From contig JABIAG010000001.1 of the NCBI GenBank assembly GCA_018653365.1, positions 137,031-161,030 on the forward strand: a DNA stretch of 24,000 nucleotides, given 5' to 3'. This DNA comes from Candidatus Woesearchaeota archaeon (GTDB lineage Archaea > Nanobdellota > Nanobdellia > Woesearchaeales > JABIAG01). Shown here one piece after another: positions 5,990-16,109 of this stretch. A program made the translations under genes and the position numbers. The first letter of the stretch is position 1, and each line of letters begins with the position of its first letter. The notes under the pieces were generated by a model that searched no databases, was not told the origin of the DNA, and saw nothing but the letters and a program-made list of their open reading frames with translations.

Positions 5990-7270
5990 TTAATCCCAAA
6001 TCTTCTTAGTTTTTAATTCAGAAATGTTATTCTCCAACTTTTCTAAATAACTTAAAAGTTTTTGTTTTAAATGGGTGCCGAGTTGTTCATAAGCACTAAA
6101 GTTTTGATGTAATTTTTTGAATGGTTCCTCAACATTAGAAGTATTGTGACCTATGCAAACCATATATGCTGAAAGCATCCATTCAATGAAATCAGATTCA
6201 GCAGAACTTTTTGCTTCAGCTAAGTAAACTTCATTATTCTCTTCAGCTAGCCTATACTCTGAGCCGCGATAATATTTATTTTCTTGTCCATTTCTAAACT
6301 TGCCTTTAACAACTAATATTGGTCCGCCTTTAATTGGTAAATATCTAAAGAACAGTAAGAGTTCAATCAAGATTAAAGTAATTTTGTGTGTTTCAAAGAT
6401 CAATTTTATGTCTTCAAAAGATCGTTTTTCCATATCACTTATCATCCTTCTTGTATGACTAATAATTCTAATGTGTTTTCTTAATTTTCGTAAATTATGT
6501 TCATCCCCCTTAACTGCATCACTTACATAATTATCATCTTGAATTTCCATAGCTAGAATGGTTAAAACTGAATCTGCGATCATATTTAATAAAAGTTTGG
6601 TGCTACTAAATTCATGTTTACATAAATAACTTAATTCACTATCCTCTTCTTGAAGCATCTTAAGTGTATCATGAACACTCTTCCACTCAACTCCTCCCTG
6701 TTCTACATAACTCTCTAACTTTTTTACTCCTGTTTGAATATTATTGAAATGTTTTTTTAATATATGATCTTCATCATTTGAATATTTTAACATTAATCTC
6801 GCAACTTCTTCTTCATTTTCTCGTGCTCTAGAAATGCCATGATATAACTCATGTTTTATAACATATTCTGAAGATAATTTGTGAGTTTTTATTCCAACAA
6901 TGTCAATATATAAATAAAAATAAGTTAGATCGTCACTTAAATTAATCTGTTGTTCTATTCTACCATTTGAAAAACAAAAAACACAAATAGCTTGTTTGGT
7001 TCTTATTATGCTTGAAGGATAACCTCCAAACTTTTTAATAAAATTTTCTAAGATGTTCAAAAAAGTGTTAACTTTCTCTACTGTAGAATGATCTGAAGAA
7101 AAGTGTTTTCTTTCTCTTAAATCAGTTATGTTATGAAGTTTATTCCAATGTTCTAAGGCATCAATTGTGATAAACCACTCGATGTTAAGAGGAATGTCTT
7201 GATTATCCAATAAGTCTTTCTTAAAATTAATGCTTTCAACTTTTTTACCATTATAGTTGCTGATATGCAT
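5990..7270 (-). CDS. orphan protein (426 aa) containing an HExxH motif; function unknown
   Basis: Long uninterrupted ORF, visibly more AT-rich than its neighbours. The only motif I can read is KHELYHG (HExxH). Minus-strand TATA GTTTTTATAG is centred about 26 nt upstream of ATG 7270. Confidence 0.7.
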   Translation of the reverse strand: MHISNYNGKKVESINFKKDLLDNQDIPLNIEWFITIDALEHWNKLHNITDLRERKHFSSDHSTVEKVNTFLNILENFIKKFGGYPSSIIRTKQAICVFCFSNGRIEQQINLSDDLTYFYLYIDIVGIKTHKLSSEYVIKHELYHGISRARENEEEVARLMLKYSNDEDHILKKHFNNIQTGVKKLESYVEQGGVEWKSVHDTLKMLQEEDSELSYLCKHEFSSTKLLLNMIADSVLTILAMEIQDDNYVSDAVKGDEHNLRKLRKHIRIISHTRRMISDMEKRSFEDIKLIFETHKITLILIELLLFFRYLPIKGGPILVVKGKFRNGQENKYYRGSEYRLAEENNEVYLAEAKSSAESDFIEWMLSAYMVCIGHNTSNVEEPFKKLHQNFSAYEQLGTHLKQKLLSYLEKLENNISELKTKKIWD

Positions 7271-7388
7271 ATAAAAAAATAAGTTAGTAACTATAAAAAC
7301 ATTGTTATTAATTTAACTTATCCTGATTTGACATTGTTTCTAAAAATTATATAAAAAAGATTAAACATTACTAACTATTTACACAACA

Positions 7389-7398
7389 TTTTTAAATA
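7389..7398 (+). promoter_or_regulatory. TATA box for tsaC-like gene
   Basis: TTTTTAAATA centred about 25 nt upstream of ATG 7418. Confidence 0.4.
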
Positions 7399-7417
7399 AG
7401 TTAGTAGTCACTAAAAT

Positions 7418-7978
7418 ATGCAAGTAATAGACAGAAATGAACTAAAAATATACAAACAAGACTTCTACAAAAGAATCAAATCTGGAAAGATATTTATCTA
7501 CCCAACAGACACAATCTATGGACTGGGATGTGACGCAACAAACGCAGAAGCAGTAAAAAAGATAAGAGAAATAAAAGAAAGAACCAAATCACCATTCTCA
7601 GTAATAGCACCATCAAAAAAATGGATAAAAGAAAACTGTGAAATAACCAAAAAAAGAGCACTATGGAAACTACCTGGAAAATACACCATAATATTCAAAC
7701 TAAAAAATAAAAATGCAGTAGCAAAAGAAGTAAACCCTGGAATGAATTCTTTAGGAGTAAGAATACCAAAACACTGGGCAAGCAAACTAGCAAAAGAAAC
7801 AAATTTACCAATTATAACAACCAGTGTAAACAAACAAGGAGAAGAATACCTAAAAGTAATAAATGATATTCCACTAGAAATTAAAGGACATATTGATTTT
7901 GCAATAGATGAAGGACCAATAGAAGGAAGCCCATCAACACTAATAAACACAACAACAAACGAAGTAATAAAACGATAA
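7418..7978 (+). CDS. tsaC: L-threonylcarbamoyladenylate synthase, short YrdC/TsaC-type (t6A biosynthesis)
   Basis: 186 aa with the YrdC-domain signature IFIYPTDTIYGLGCDATNAEAVKKIREIKER...PFSVI...LGVRIP. There is no C-terminal Sua5 domain. Confidence 0.8.
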   Translation: MQVIDRNELKIYKQDFYKRIKSGKIFIYPTDTIYGLGCDATNAEAVKKIREIKERTKSPFSVIAPSKKWIKENCEITKKRALWKLPGKYTIIFKLKNKNAVAKEVNPGMNSLGVRIPKHWASKLAKETNLPIITTSVNKQGEEYLKVINDIPLEIKGHIDFAIDEGPIEGSPSTLINTTTNEVIKR

Positions 7979-8030
7979 TTTGTCCTAAAAAAGAGACATC
8001 TTTATAAAATTACCATTCTTTTAAAACTCT

Positions 8031-8633
8031 ATGAAAATACTGGCAGCTGGCGACATACATGGAGACACAAGAAGAGTACAAGAGCTAGCAGAACAAGCAG
8101 AAAAAGAACAAGTAGATCTAGTGGTGTTGTGTGGAGATCTAACTCAAAATGATGAGTCAACAAAAGGACTAATAGGGCCCTTTCTAAATAAAAATAAAAA
8201 AGTAGTAATCATACCTGGAAATCATGAAACCCTAGCAACTGCGGATTTTTTAGCACAATTATACGACGTAACAAACTTACACGGATACTCCATAAAGAAT
8301 AACAACATAGGATTATTTGGATGTGGCGGAGCAAACATTGGAACTGCACAATTAACAGAAAAAGAAATATTTGAAACGTTAAACCAAGGGTTCCAAAATG
8401 TAAAAGAATTAGAAAAAAAAATCATGATCACACATGTGCATCCAACAAATACAAAAATGGAAAAGTTCTCCGAATTTGTCCTAGGAAGTAAAGGAGTAGA
8501 AAATGCAGTAAGAACATTTAAACCAGACTTATTGCTATGTTCTCATGTCCATGAAGCAGAAGGAATAGAAGAAATGCTAGGTGGAACAAAAGTAATAAAT
8601 GTAGGAAGAACAGGTAAAATAATTAATATTTAA
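8031..8633 (+). CDS. calcineurin-like metallophosphoesterase (MJ0936/YfcE-like)
   Basis: Motifs appear in order: GDIHGD, CGDL, GNHE, THVHP, SHVHE. A TATA-like CTTTATAAAA sits about 27 nt upstream. Confidence 0.8.
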   Translation: MKILAAGDIHGDTRRVQELAEQAEKEQVDLVVLCGDLTQNDESTKGLIGPFLNKNKKVVIIPGNHETLATADFLAQLYDVTNLHGYSIKNNNIGLFGCGGANIGTAQLTEKEIFETLNQGFQNVKELEKKIMITHVHPTNTKMEKFSEFVLGSKGVENAVRTFKPDLLLCSHVHEAEGIEEMLGGTKVINVGRTGKIINI

Positions 8634-8908
8634 TACATCACAATTTCAGAACTTTCTTCAGGCTTTTCATCATCCTTTTTCTCATCAACAGCATCCATGA
8701 ATGCTCCAACATTAGGAAGATCTGCACTTACATTTTTCTCCGCAGGACTAGAAAAAACATCTGCAACATTTGGATATTCAACATTGGAAGAACTCGATTC
8801 AATAGTTGAATTAGACAAGGGTTCAGAACCAACTAACACATTTAACAAATGAATAACCTTTTTAATCTCATGATGAGAATCTTCTTTAGTATCGATAGTG
8901 ATCTTCAT
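8630..8908 (-). CDS. hypothetical acidic protein (92 aa)
   Basis: ORF with a minus-strand TATA (ATTTAAATA) about 27 nt upstream of ATG 8908. It has an internal PNVADVF / PNVGAFM repeat and an acidic C-terminus. Confidence 0.5.
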   Translation of the reverse strand: MKITIDTKEDSHHEIKKVIHLLNVLVGSEPLSNSTIESSSSNVEYPNVADVFSSPAEKNVSADLPNVGAFMDAVDEKKDDEKPEESSEIVMY

Positions 8909-8960
8909 ACTGTATCATAAGAAAAGATGTATTTAAATTATTTGTTTTTAAAAAGCAAAC

Positions 8961-8970
8961 CTTTATAAAT
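8961..8970 (+). promoter_or_regulatory. candidate rRNA operon TATA box
   Basis: CTTTATAAAT preceded by an A-rich BRE-like AAAGCAAAC. It lies about 110 nt upstream of the 16S processing stem and about 240 nt upstream of mature 16S. Confidence 0.35.
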
Positions 8971-9077
8971 CCCTTCTAAATTCTCAGTTTTATAACAATC
9001 ACCTTCTCTCAAAGGCAAACCGTCTTTGAAATAACACAAAAAACATGAGTGCTTGACTTAATAGTTAAGTATAATGT

Positions 9078-9092
9078 AAATTGAAACAAACC
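9078..9092 (+). other. 16S processing-stem 5' arm
   Basis: AAATTGAAACAAACC is the exact reverse complement of 10715-10729. Confidence 0.7.
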
Positions 9093-9208
9093 CGTTGATT
9101 GATTAAATCAAAAATTCAAGTGCAAATTTTTGATGTTCATGAAATCTGTTTCATAAACAATCAATCTAACAAATCTTTTAACTTCAAAAGCAAATTGCGA
9201 TAGCTTCA

Positions 9209-10671
<1,463 letters not shown>

Positions 10672-10714
10672 TTTATTTTTTTATTATAATTTATTGTAAT
10701 AAAGTAATAAACTT

Positions 10715-10729
10715 GGTTTGTTTCAATTT
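10715..10729 (+). other. 16S processing-stem 3' arm
   Basis: GGTTTGTTTCAATTT, exact complement of 9078-9092. Confidence 0.7.
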
Positions 10730-10744
10730 GCACTCATATTCATC

Positions 10745-10851
10745 GGGCCTGTAGTTCAACGGTAGAACGTCGCCCTTGCATACGCGAAACGGACATCCGA
10801 TCTTCGCATCCAGAGAGGCGGAGGTTTCGGGTTCAAATCCCGACGGGTCCA
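10745..10851 (+). tRNA. tRNA-Ala (anticodon UGC) with about 35-nt intron; no encoded CCA
   Basis: Hand fold: acceptor GGGCCTG/CGGGTCC with G3:U70; D arm GTTC-AACGGTA-GAAC; anticodon stem TCGCC/GGCGG; loop CTTGCA..A with TGC at 10777-10779; variable AGGTT; T arm TCGGG-TTCAAAT-CCCGA; discriminator A at 10851. It lies in the 16S-23S spacer. Confidence 0.85.
10781..10815 (+). other. tRNA-Ala intron (position 37/38 if canonical)
   Basis: 35 extra nt lie between the anticodon loop and the 3' anticodon-stem strand, with an internal helix GCGAA (10784-10788) / TTCGC (10803-10807). The exact splice sites are not resolved by eye. Shifting by 1 nt either way still yields the UGC anticodon. Confidence 0.55.
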
Positions 10852-10970
10852 TTCATACTCATTTATTAAAATTCATCGAGAATTTAAACCTCTTGATGAA
10901 AGGAGGAGTTGTAATCTTACTCAAGAATAACTCATTTTTGAGCAGCGCTTTGTCTGCTGAATTACAATAA

Positions 10971-10985
10971 TGAAGCCATGCATAG
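10971..10985 (+). other. 23S processing-stem 5' arm
   Basis: TGAAGCCATGCATAG pairs with 13893-13907 (14 of 15, with 11 contiguous). Confidence 0.7.
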
Positions 10986-10989
10986 TAGA

Positions 10990-13885
10990 GTGTTCGGATT
11001 AAGCTATTAGGTGGATGACTTTGCTCAAAAGTCGAGGAAGGACGCGACAAGCAGCGATATGCTTTGGGGAGTGGCAAGTACACTTTGATCCAAAGATTTC
11101 TGAATGAGACTTCTCATCAGATCCTTCGGGATGGATAACGCGGGGAAGTGAAGCGTCTCAGTACCCGCAGGAAAAGAAATCAACCGAGATGTTGTTATTA
11201 TCAGCGAGAGAAAGCAACGAAAGGCAAACTGAATCTTTTATAGAAATATAAAAGAGATGTGGTGTTTGGACTGTTATAATTTGTCGCATTTAGACCTGAA
11301 ATTTTCTGGAAAGAAATGCTAAAGAGGGTGATAGCCCCGTAAGGGAATAATTGCATGAATAGACAGGATCCAGAGTACTACTACTTTGATATGTGGTAGG
11401 AATGTAGGAGTCATCAACTTCTAACCTTAAATACTATTTGAGTCAGATAGCAAACAAGTACCGTGAGGGAAAGTTGAAAAGGACCCCTAACAGGGAGTCA
11501 AAAGACCCTGAAACCTAATAGCGATAGTTTGGTACGGCTTTACGAAGTTGTACCGTAAGTTTTGAATAACTTGCCAGGGAGTTTATTAATGTGGCGAGAC
11601 TAACCAAACGGGAGTCGAAGGGAAACCAAAGACCGCGCAGGTAACGAGGCGGTTAGGTGTGAAAGTGCCTATAGTCACATTAGTTTAACCCGAAACCGGA
11701 CGATCTAATCCTGGGTAAGGTGAAGTAAGAGTAAGATCTTATGGAGGCCTGAAGAGATGCTACGTGCAAGTGCTCTTCTAACCTGGGATTAGGGGTGAAA
11801 AGCCAATCGAGTCCGGTGATAGCTGGTTCCTATTAAAATTGGCCTTAGTCAAGTCTTGACCGAGATAGCCAACACTGTAGAGATACGGATCTAAGATTTT
11901 TGCCTGGAAACGGGTGGGTCTTTCGTCCAACTCCGAAGGTGTTGGCATTGTAGACGTCAGGAAACGGCGTATCGATTTAAGGTCGGTGCGCGAGAGGGGA
12001 ACAACCCAAACTGTAGTTAAGGCCCCTAAATACTGTTTAAGTGTTAAAGGGTGAAAAGTGTCGTTAGCCATAGACAGCAAGGAGGTTGGCTTAGAAGCAG
12101 CCTTCCTATAATAAGTGCGTAACAGCTTACTTGTCGAGGTTAACGGCCTTGAAAATGGACGGGACTAAATCAGTTGCCGATACTACAGATCACTGCAAAG
12201 TGTATGGTAAATAGGTGTACTGTTTGAGTAGAAGCTCTTCTGAAAAGGAGGGTGGATCGGGTAGTAATAAGAATCCTGGTGGTAGTAAGAGCGAAGCAGA
12301 GTGAGAATCTCTGTCACCGAAAGGGCAAGGGTTTCTTGGCAATGAAAATCAGCCAAGAGTAAGTTGGTCCTAACCTCCATCACAAGTTGATGGGAGGGAA
12401 AGGGAAAAAGGTTAATATTCCTTTACGCTTTAAGTATAAGTGGCAACACAAGTTTTTTTGCTAACGCTTTGGAATAGGCTGACACAAATTATCGTTTGTG
12501 TTAACGAGAATAAATCAAAGGAGTATCGTTATGATGAGAATTTGATTAAATCTCGGAATAGTGGTTCTAAAGAATCATTCAGTTGATTTCTTGAGCCCCT
12601 GAAAAGGCAAAAATTCAGATCTTAAAGTGCCATACCCAGAACCGGTACAGGTGCCCCTGGGTGAGAAGCTCAAGGTGTAATGGTATAATCCGACTAAGGG
12701 AATTCGGCAAATTGGCCCCGTATCTTCGGTACGAGGGGTCCCTGTGGTTGTGTAATTTTATGTTATGCAATTGCAGGGCGCAGAGACTAAGGAGGTCCGA
12801 CTGTTTAACAAAAACTTAACCTTCTGCTAGCCTGTAAAGGTGCGTATAGAAGGTGACGTCTGCCCAGTGTCAGTATCTCAAACTTTCTTTCAAGGAAGCT
12901 AAGGACTGATAAACGGCGGGGGTAACTATAACTCTCTTAAGGTAGCGAAATGCCTTGTCGTTTAATTGACGACTCGCATGAATGGCGTAACGAGATCTCC
13001 ACTGTCCCTAGTTGGAAGCCACTGAACACTCTATCCTGGTGCAAAGGCCAGGGATCTCCAGTGGGAAGCGAAGACCCCGTGAAACTTTACTGTAGTTTGT
13101 CGTTGTGATGTTAGTTCTATTGCATAGTGTAAGTGGGAGCTGTTTGAATCATGCATTTTCGGGTGTATGTTAGGCACTAATGTAACACCACTCCTTAGAA
13201 TTGGCGTTGCTTACTTGTTTACAAGGACATCGACTGATGGACAGTTTGGCTGGGGTGGCACCCCGCCGAAAAAATATCGGCGGGGCCCTAAGGTTAGCTC
13301 AGACGGGTTGGAAATCCGTTGTAGAGTGCAAGAGCAAAAGCTAGCCTGATTGGATCTTTAATATGACGAGTTCCAAACACGAAAGTGTGGTCTAGCGAAC
13401 CTCTATGTCCTCATTGATGGGGGCTAGAGATGACCGAAAAGTTACTCCGGGGATAACAGAGTTGTCGCGCCTGAGAGCTCATATCGACGGCGCGGTTTGC
13501 TACATCGATGTCGGCTCTTCCTATCCTGGATGTGCACAAGCATCCAAGGGTGAAGGTGTTCACTTATCAAAAGGGATCGTGAGCTGGGTTCAGTACGCTG
13601 TGAGGCAGTATGTTTGATATCTACTGGAGATGTAGAATGTCTGAGAGGAAGGATCTTCTAGTACGAGAGGAACGAAGAATCGAAGCCACTGGTCTACCGG
13701 TTATCTGATAAGGTATGCCGGGCAGCTACGCTTTAAGAGATAAGTGCTGAAAGCATCTAAGCACGAAACTCACCTCAAAAAGAGACATTTTCGGGATTCC
13801 TGTAAAAGACAGGTTTGATAGAACCAATGTGTAAGTTTTAAGGCAACAAGAAATTCAGCATGTGGTTACTAAACGTCCCTACCAG
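10990..13885 (+). rRNA. rrl: 23S rRNA (archaeal)
   Basis: 5' region AAGCTATTAGGTGGATGACTTTGCTC...GAAGGACGCGACAAGC. Internal GGATAACAGAGTTGTCGCGC...ATCGACGGCGCGGTTTGCTACATCGATGTCGGCTCTTCCTATCCTGG (peptidyl-transferase region), AGTACGAGAGGAACG (sarcin-ricin loop) and GCTGAAAGCATCTAAGC. Length about 2.9 kb with no large insertion. Ends are uncertain by about 20 nt. Confidence 0.9.
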
Positions 13886-13892
13886 AATATTT

Positions 13893-13907
13893 CTATGCAT
13901 GGCATCA
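13893..13907 (+). other. 23S processing-stem 3' arm
   Basis: CTATGCATGGCATCA, complement of 10971-10985 with one mismatch. Confidence 0.7.
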
Positions 13908-13920
13908 TTTTTTTTCTTTT
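13908..13920 (+). terminator. oligo-T terminator of the rRNA operon
   Basis: TTTTTTTTCTTTT immediately follows the 23S processing stem. Confidence 0.5.
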
Positions 13921-14086
13921 AAATTAAATGATTTTTCATAAACAATTTTTTATAATAGCGATAGCGCTTTTATTTACTTGAAAGTTTTTCAATGTTTTTG
14001 TAAACTTTTCAATAATTTCTAACAAAACTTTATTAAAAATAAAAAGTGTTGTTGTTTTATCGTCGAGAGATGTTTGAGGTGATAAA

Positions 14087-15373
14087 ATGAAAAAATTATT
14101 TTGTTTAGCGATAGCTATGTTAGTTTTGCCTTTAGTTTTAGCTGTGCGAATTGAGGAAGTGTATTATGATCCTGTTGAAACTGAGTCTGGAGGCGAGGCT
14201 GTTGTTCTTTACAATCCATTGGATTTGGCAGTGGATATCTCTGGGTGGACAATAAAAACAGAAACTTCTGATGCTGATGTGATTTTGCCATTAGAAGCTG
14301 TTATTGGCGCTCAGGGATATTATTTAATTACAGATATTGGTTGGGATGAAAGTAAAGATGATGAAATGTGGAACGGTGCAGATTATGAAGAGGCGATGAC
14401 CTTGGGAAATAGCGATGCAGGTGTAGCTTTAGTTGACTCTTTGAGTCAGATTGTTAGTAGTGTTGGTTGGGGAGATAGTTCAGAAATAGAATCAGGATTG
14501 TATGAAGGCAGTCCTGCAGTTGATGTCGAACCTGGAAGTTCTTTGTTACGTGTTCAGAGTTTGGGAAATAATTTTGTTGATTTTGTTAGTTCTTCACCTC
14601 AATTAAATTCAGGTAGTTCTGATGGAAATGAAACTCATCAAGGCATAGTCATTAATTTAAATGTTTTAGACTATTCTGTAAGTGTTGATTGGGTTAATAT
14701 AAGTCCTGATGCGTTTGGAGATGAGGGAGTGCAAGTCTTATTGAATCCTGGACGAGAAAAAGAGATTATTATAACTTCTATGATTACTCACGAGTTTAAT
14801 TATAGTTTTATTGAAAATGTAACTGTTAATAATCAAAGCATGGTTTTAATGGATGTCGTTAATAAAACTAGTGCAATTTTTGAATTAAAGTTAGATTTAA
14901 ATTATAGTATTCTGCCAGGAAGTTATGATGTGCTGGTTTTTGTTGGAGAAGAACAAAAGTCTAATAATTATGAAATATTGAGCTTGATGGCAATAGATGT
15001 TGATGTTGAAGAATTGAATCTTGAAGTTAAAGAAAAAAACTTGCGTTATGCACTTCTTGGAGATCAAAATTGGAATGTTGGAGATAAACCATCCATTAAG
15101 AATATTGGTAATGTTGGGCTTGATTTGGGTGTTAAGGCTACAGAGTTAGTGGGTGAAGATGCAAACTTTTTATTGGAAAACGTCAGATACTCTTTTAATA
15201 ACGACTTTTACTCAAGTAAAGCAGGACAATTATCAACAGAACTCGAAATTGTTAACCTGAATCTAGAACCGGCAGACATTAACGAGTTTGGGTTGGAATT
15301 TTTTGTAACGGAAGAAGTTGAGAAAGGAAGTTATGAAGGAAAAATAATGCTTTCTGCTGTGAGTTCTGAATGA
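14087..15373 (+). CDS. secreted lamin-tail-domain (LTD) protein with C-terminal beta-sandwich-like regions
   Basis: SD GAGGTGAT at 14076-14083. Signal peptide MKKLFCLAIAMLVLPLVLA. LTD-like N-terminus: RIEEVYYDPVETESGGEAVVLYNPLDLAVDISGWTIKTE...GYYLITD. Dense N-x-S/T sequon cluster (NYS, NVT, NQS, NKT, NYS). Confidence 0.7.
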   Translation: MKKLFCLAIAMLVLPLVLAVRIEEVYYDPVETESGGEAVVLYNPLDLAVDISGWTIKTETSDADVILPLEAVIGAQGYYLITDIGWDESKDDEMWNGADYEEAMTLGNSDAGVALVDSLSQIVSSVGWGDSSEIESGLYEGSPAVDVEPGSSLLRVQSLGNNFVDFVSSSPQLNSGSSDGNETHQGIVINLNVLDYSVSVDWVNISPDAFGDEGVQVLLNPGREKEIIITSMITHEFNYSFIENVTVNNQSMVLMDVVNKTSAIFELKLDLNYSILPGSYDVLVFVGEEQKSNNYEILSLMAIDVDVEELNLEVKEKNLRYALLGDQNWNVGDKPSIKNIGNVGLDLGVKATELVGEDANFLLENVRYSFNNDFYSSKAGQLSTELEIVNLNLEPADINEFGLEFFVTEEVEKGSYEGKIMLSAVSSE

Positions 15374-15792
15374 AATTATTTTTGTTGTTTTTATTTTTTT
15401 TAAGTTTTGAATTAGTTAGTGCAGGGTTTGGTGTATCACCGAATAAGATAATTGATGCAGGAGAAGTCTATGTTATTAATGCAGATGAGTACGAAACCGA
15501 ATATGTATTAAAACCTAGTGAGGGAGTATCTATTAGTGAAACCTCTATTTTGGTTGCTGCCAAAGGAAAAGAAAAAATTAAGATAAAAACAAGTGAAGGT
15601 GGAACTGTCGAAATAATTGAAAAAAAAGAGGGGCTTTCTTCAAGCATCATTATTCCTGTAGAATCTACTGCATCTAATATTGAATTTTATGCTGCTAATG
15701 ATAAATCAGGGGGTTGGCTGGGAGTGATAGGGATTAATGTGGTTGGTTTGTGTTTGGTGGGGGTTTTAAAATGGAAGAAAAAACTCTTTTAG
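15370..15792 (+). CDS. secreted beta-rich protein with C-terminal TM anchor and basic tail
   Basis: ATGA overlap with the LTD gene. Signal peptide MKLFLLFLFFLSFELVSA. C-terminal GGWLGVIGINVVGLCLVGVL followed by KWKKKLF. Confidence 0.65.
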   Translation: MKLFLLFLFFLSFELVSAGFGVSPNKIIDAGEVYVINADEYETEYVLKPSEGVSISETSILVAAKGKEKIKIKTSEGGTVEIIEKKEGLSSSIIIPVESTASNIEFYAANDKSGGWLGVIGINVVGLCLVGVLKWKKKLF

Positions 15793-16103
15793 TGTTTTCT
15801 ATTATTCTATTTTGTTTTGGGGTATCTATGCTTTATTTAATTTATTCTACTACCGATGTTTCCGAAGTTAAGGATATGCGAGTTCATATGGGAGAAACAG
15901 TCAAGGTTTATGGTGAGGTCGTTCGTGTAAATGTACGCGATGGTGTGACCTTTATTGATATTAAACGAGAACAAATAGTTCAAATTGTCTTTTTTGAAGA
16001 AATGGACTTGGGTTTATACTCTGATGTAGAAATTATTGGTGAAGTTGCAAAGGGAATGCACGGTTACGAATTATTAGGAAGAGAAATTAAAAAAATAAAA
16101 TAA
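15771..16103 (+). CDS. N-terminally membrane-anchored OB-fold protein
   Basis: I prefer ATG 15771 (GGTGGGGG upstream) over the track's GTG at 15750. TM segment LLVFSIILFCFGVSMLYLIY. OB-fold-like region VKVYGEVVRVNVRDGVTFIDIKREQIVQIVFFEE...DVEIIGEVAKGMHGYELLGREI. Confidence 0.6.
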   Translation: MEEKTLLVFSIILFCFGVSMLYLIYSTTDVSEVKDMRVHMGETVKVYGEVVRVNVRDGVTFIDIKREQIVQIVFFEEMDLGLYSDVEIIGEVAKGMHGYELLGREIKKIK

Positions 16104-16109
16104 AAAGAA

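Noticed and set aside
13921-14086. Possible 5S rRNA or other small RNA downstream of the 23S
   Set aside because: The stretch is almost pure A/T with only a short AGCGCT palindrome. It has none of the G/C-rich helices a 5S would need, and it reads as terminator, promoter and SD for the LTD operon.
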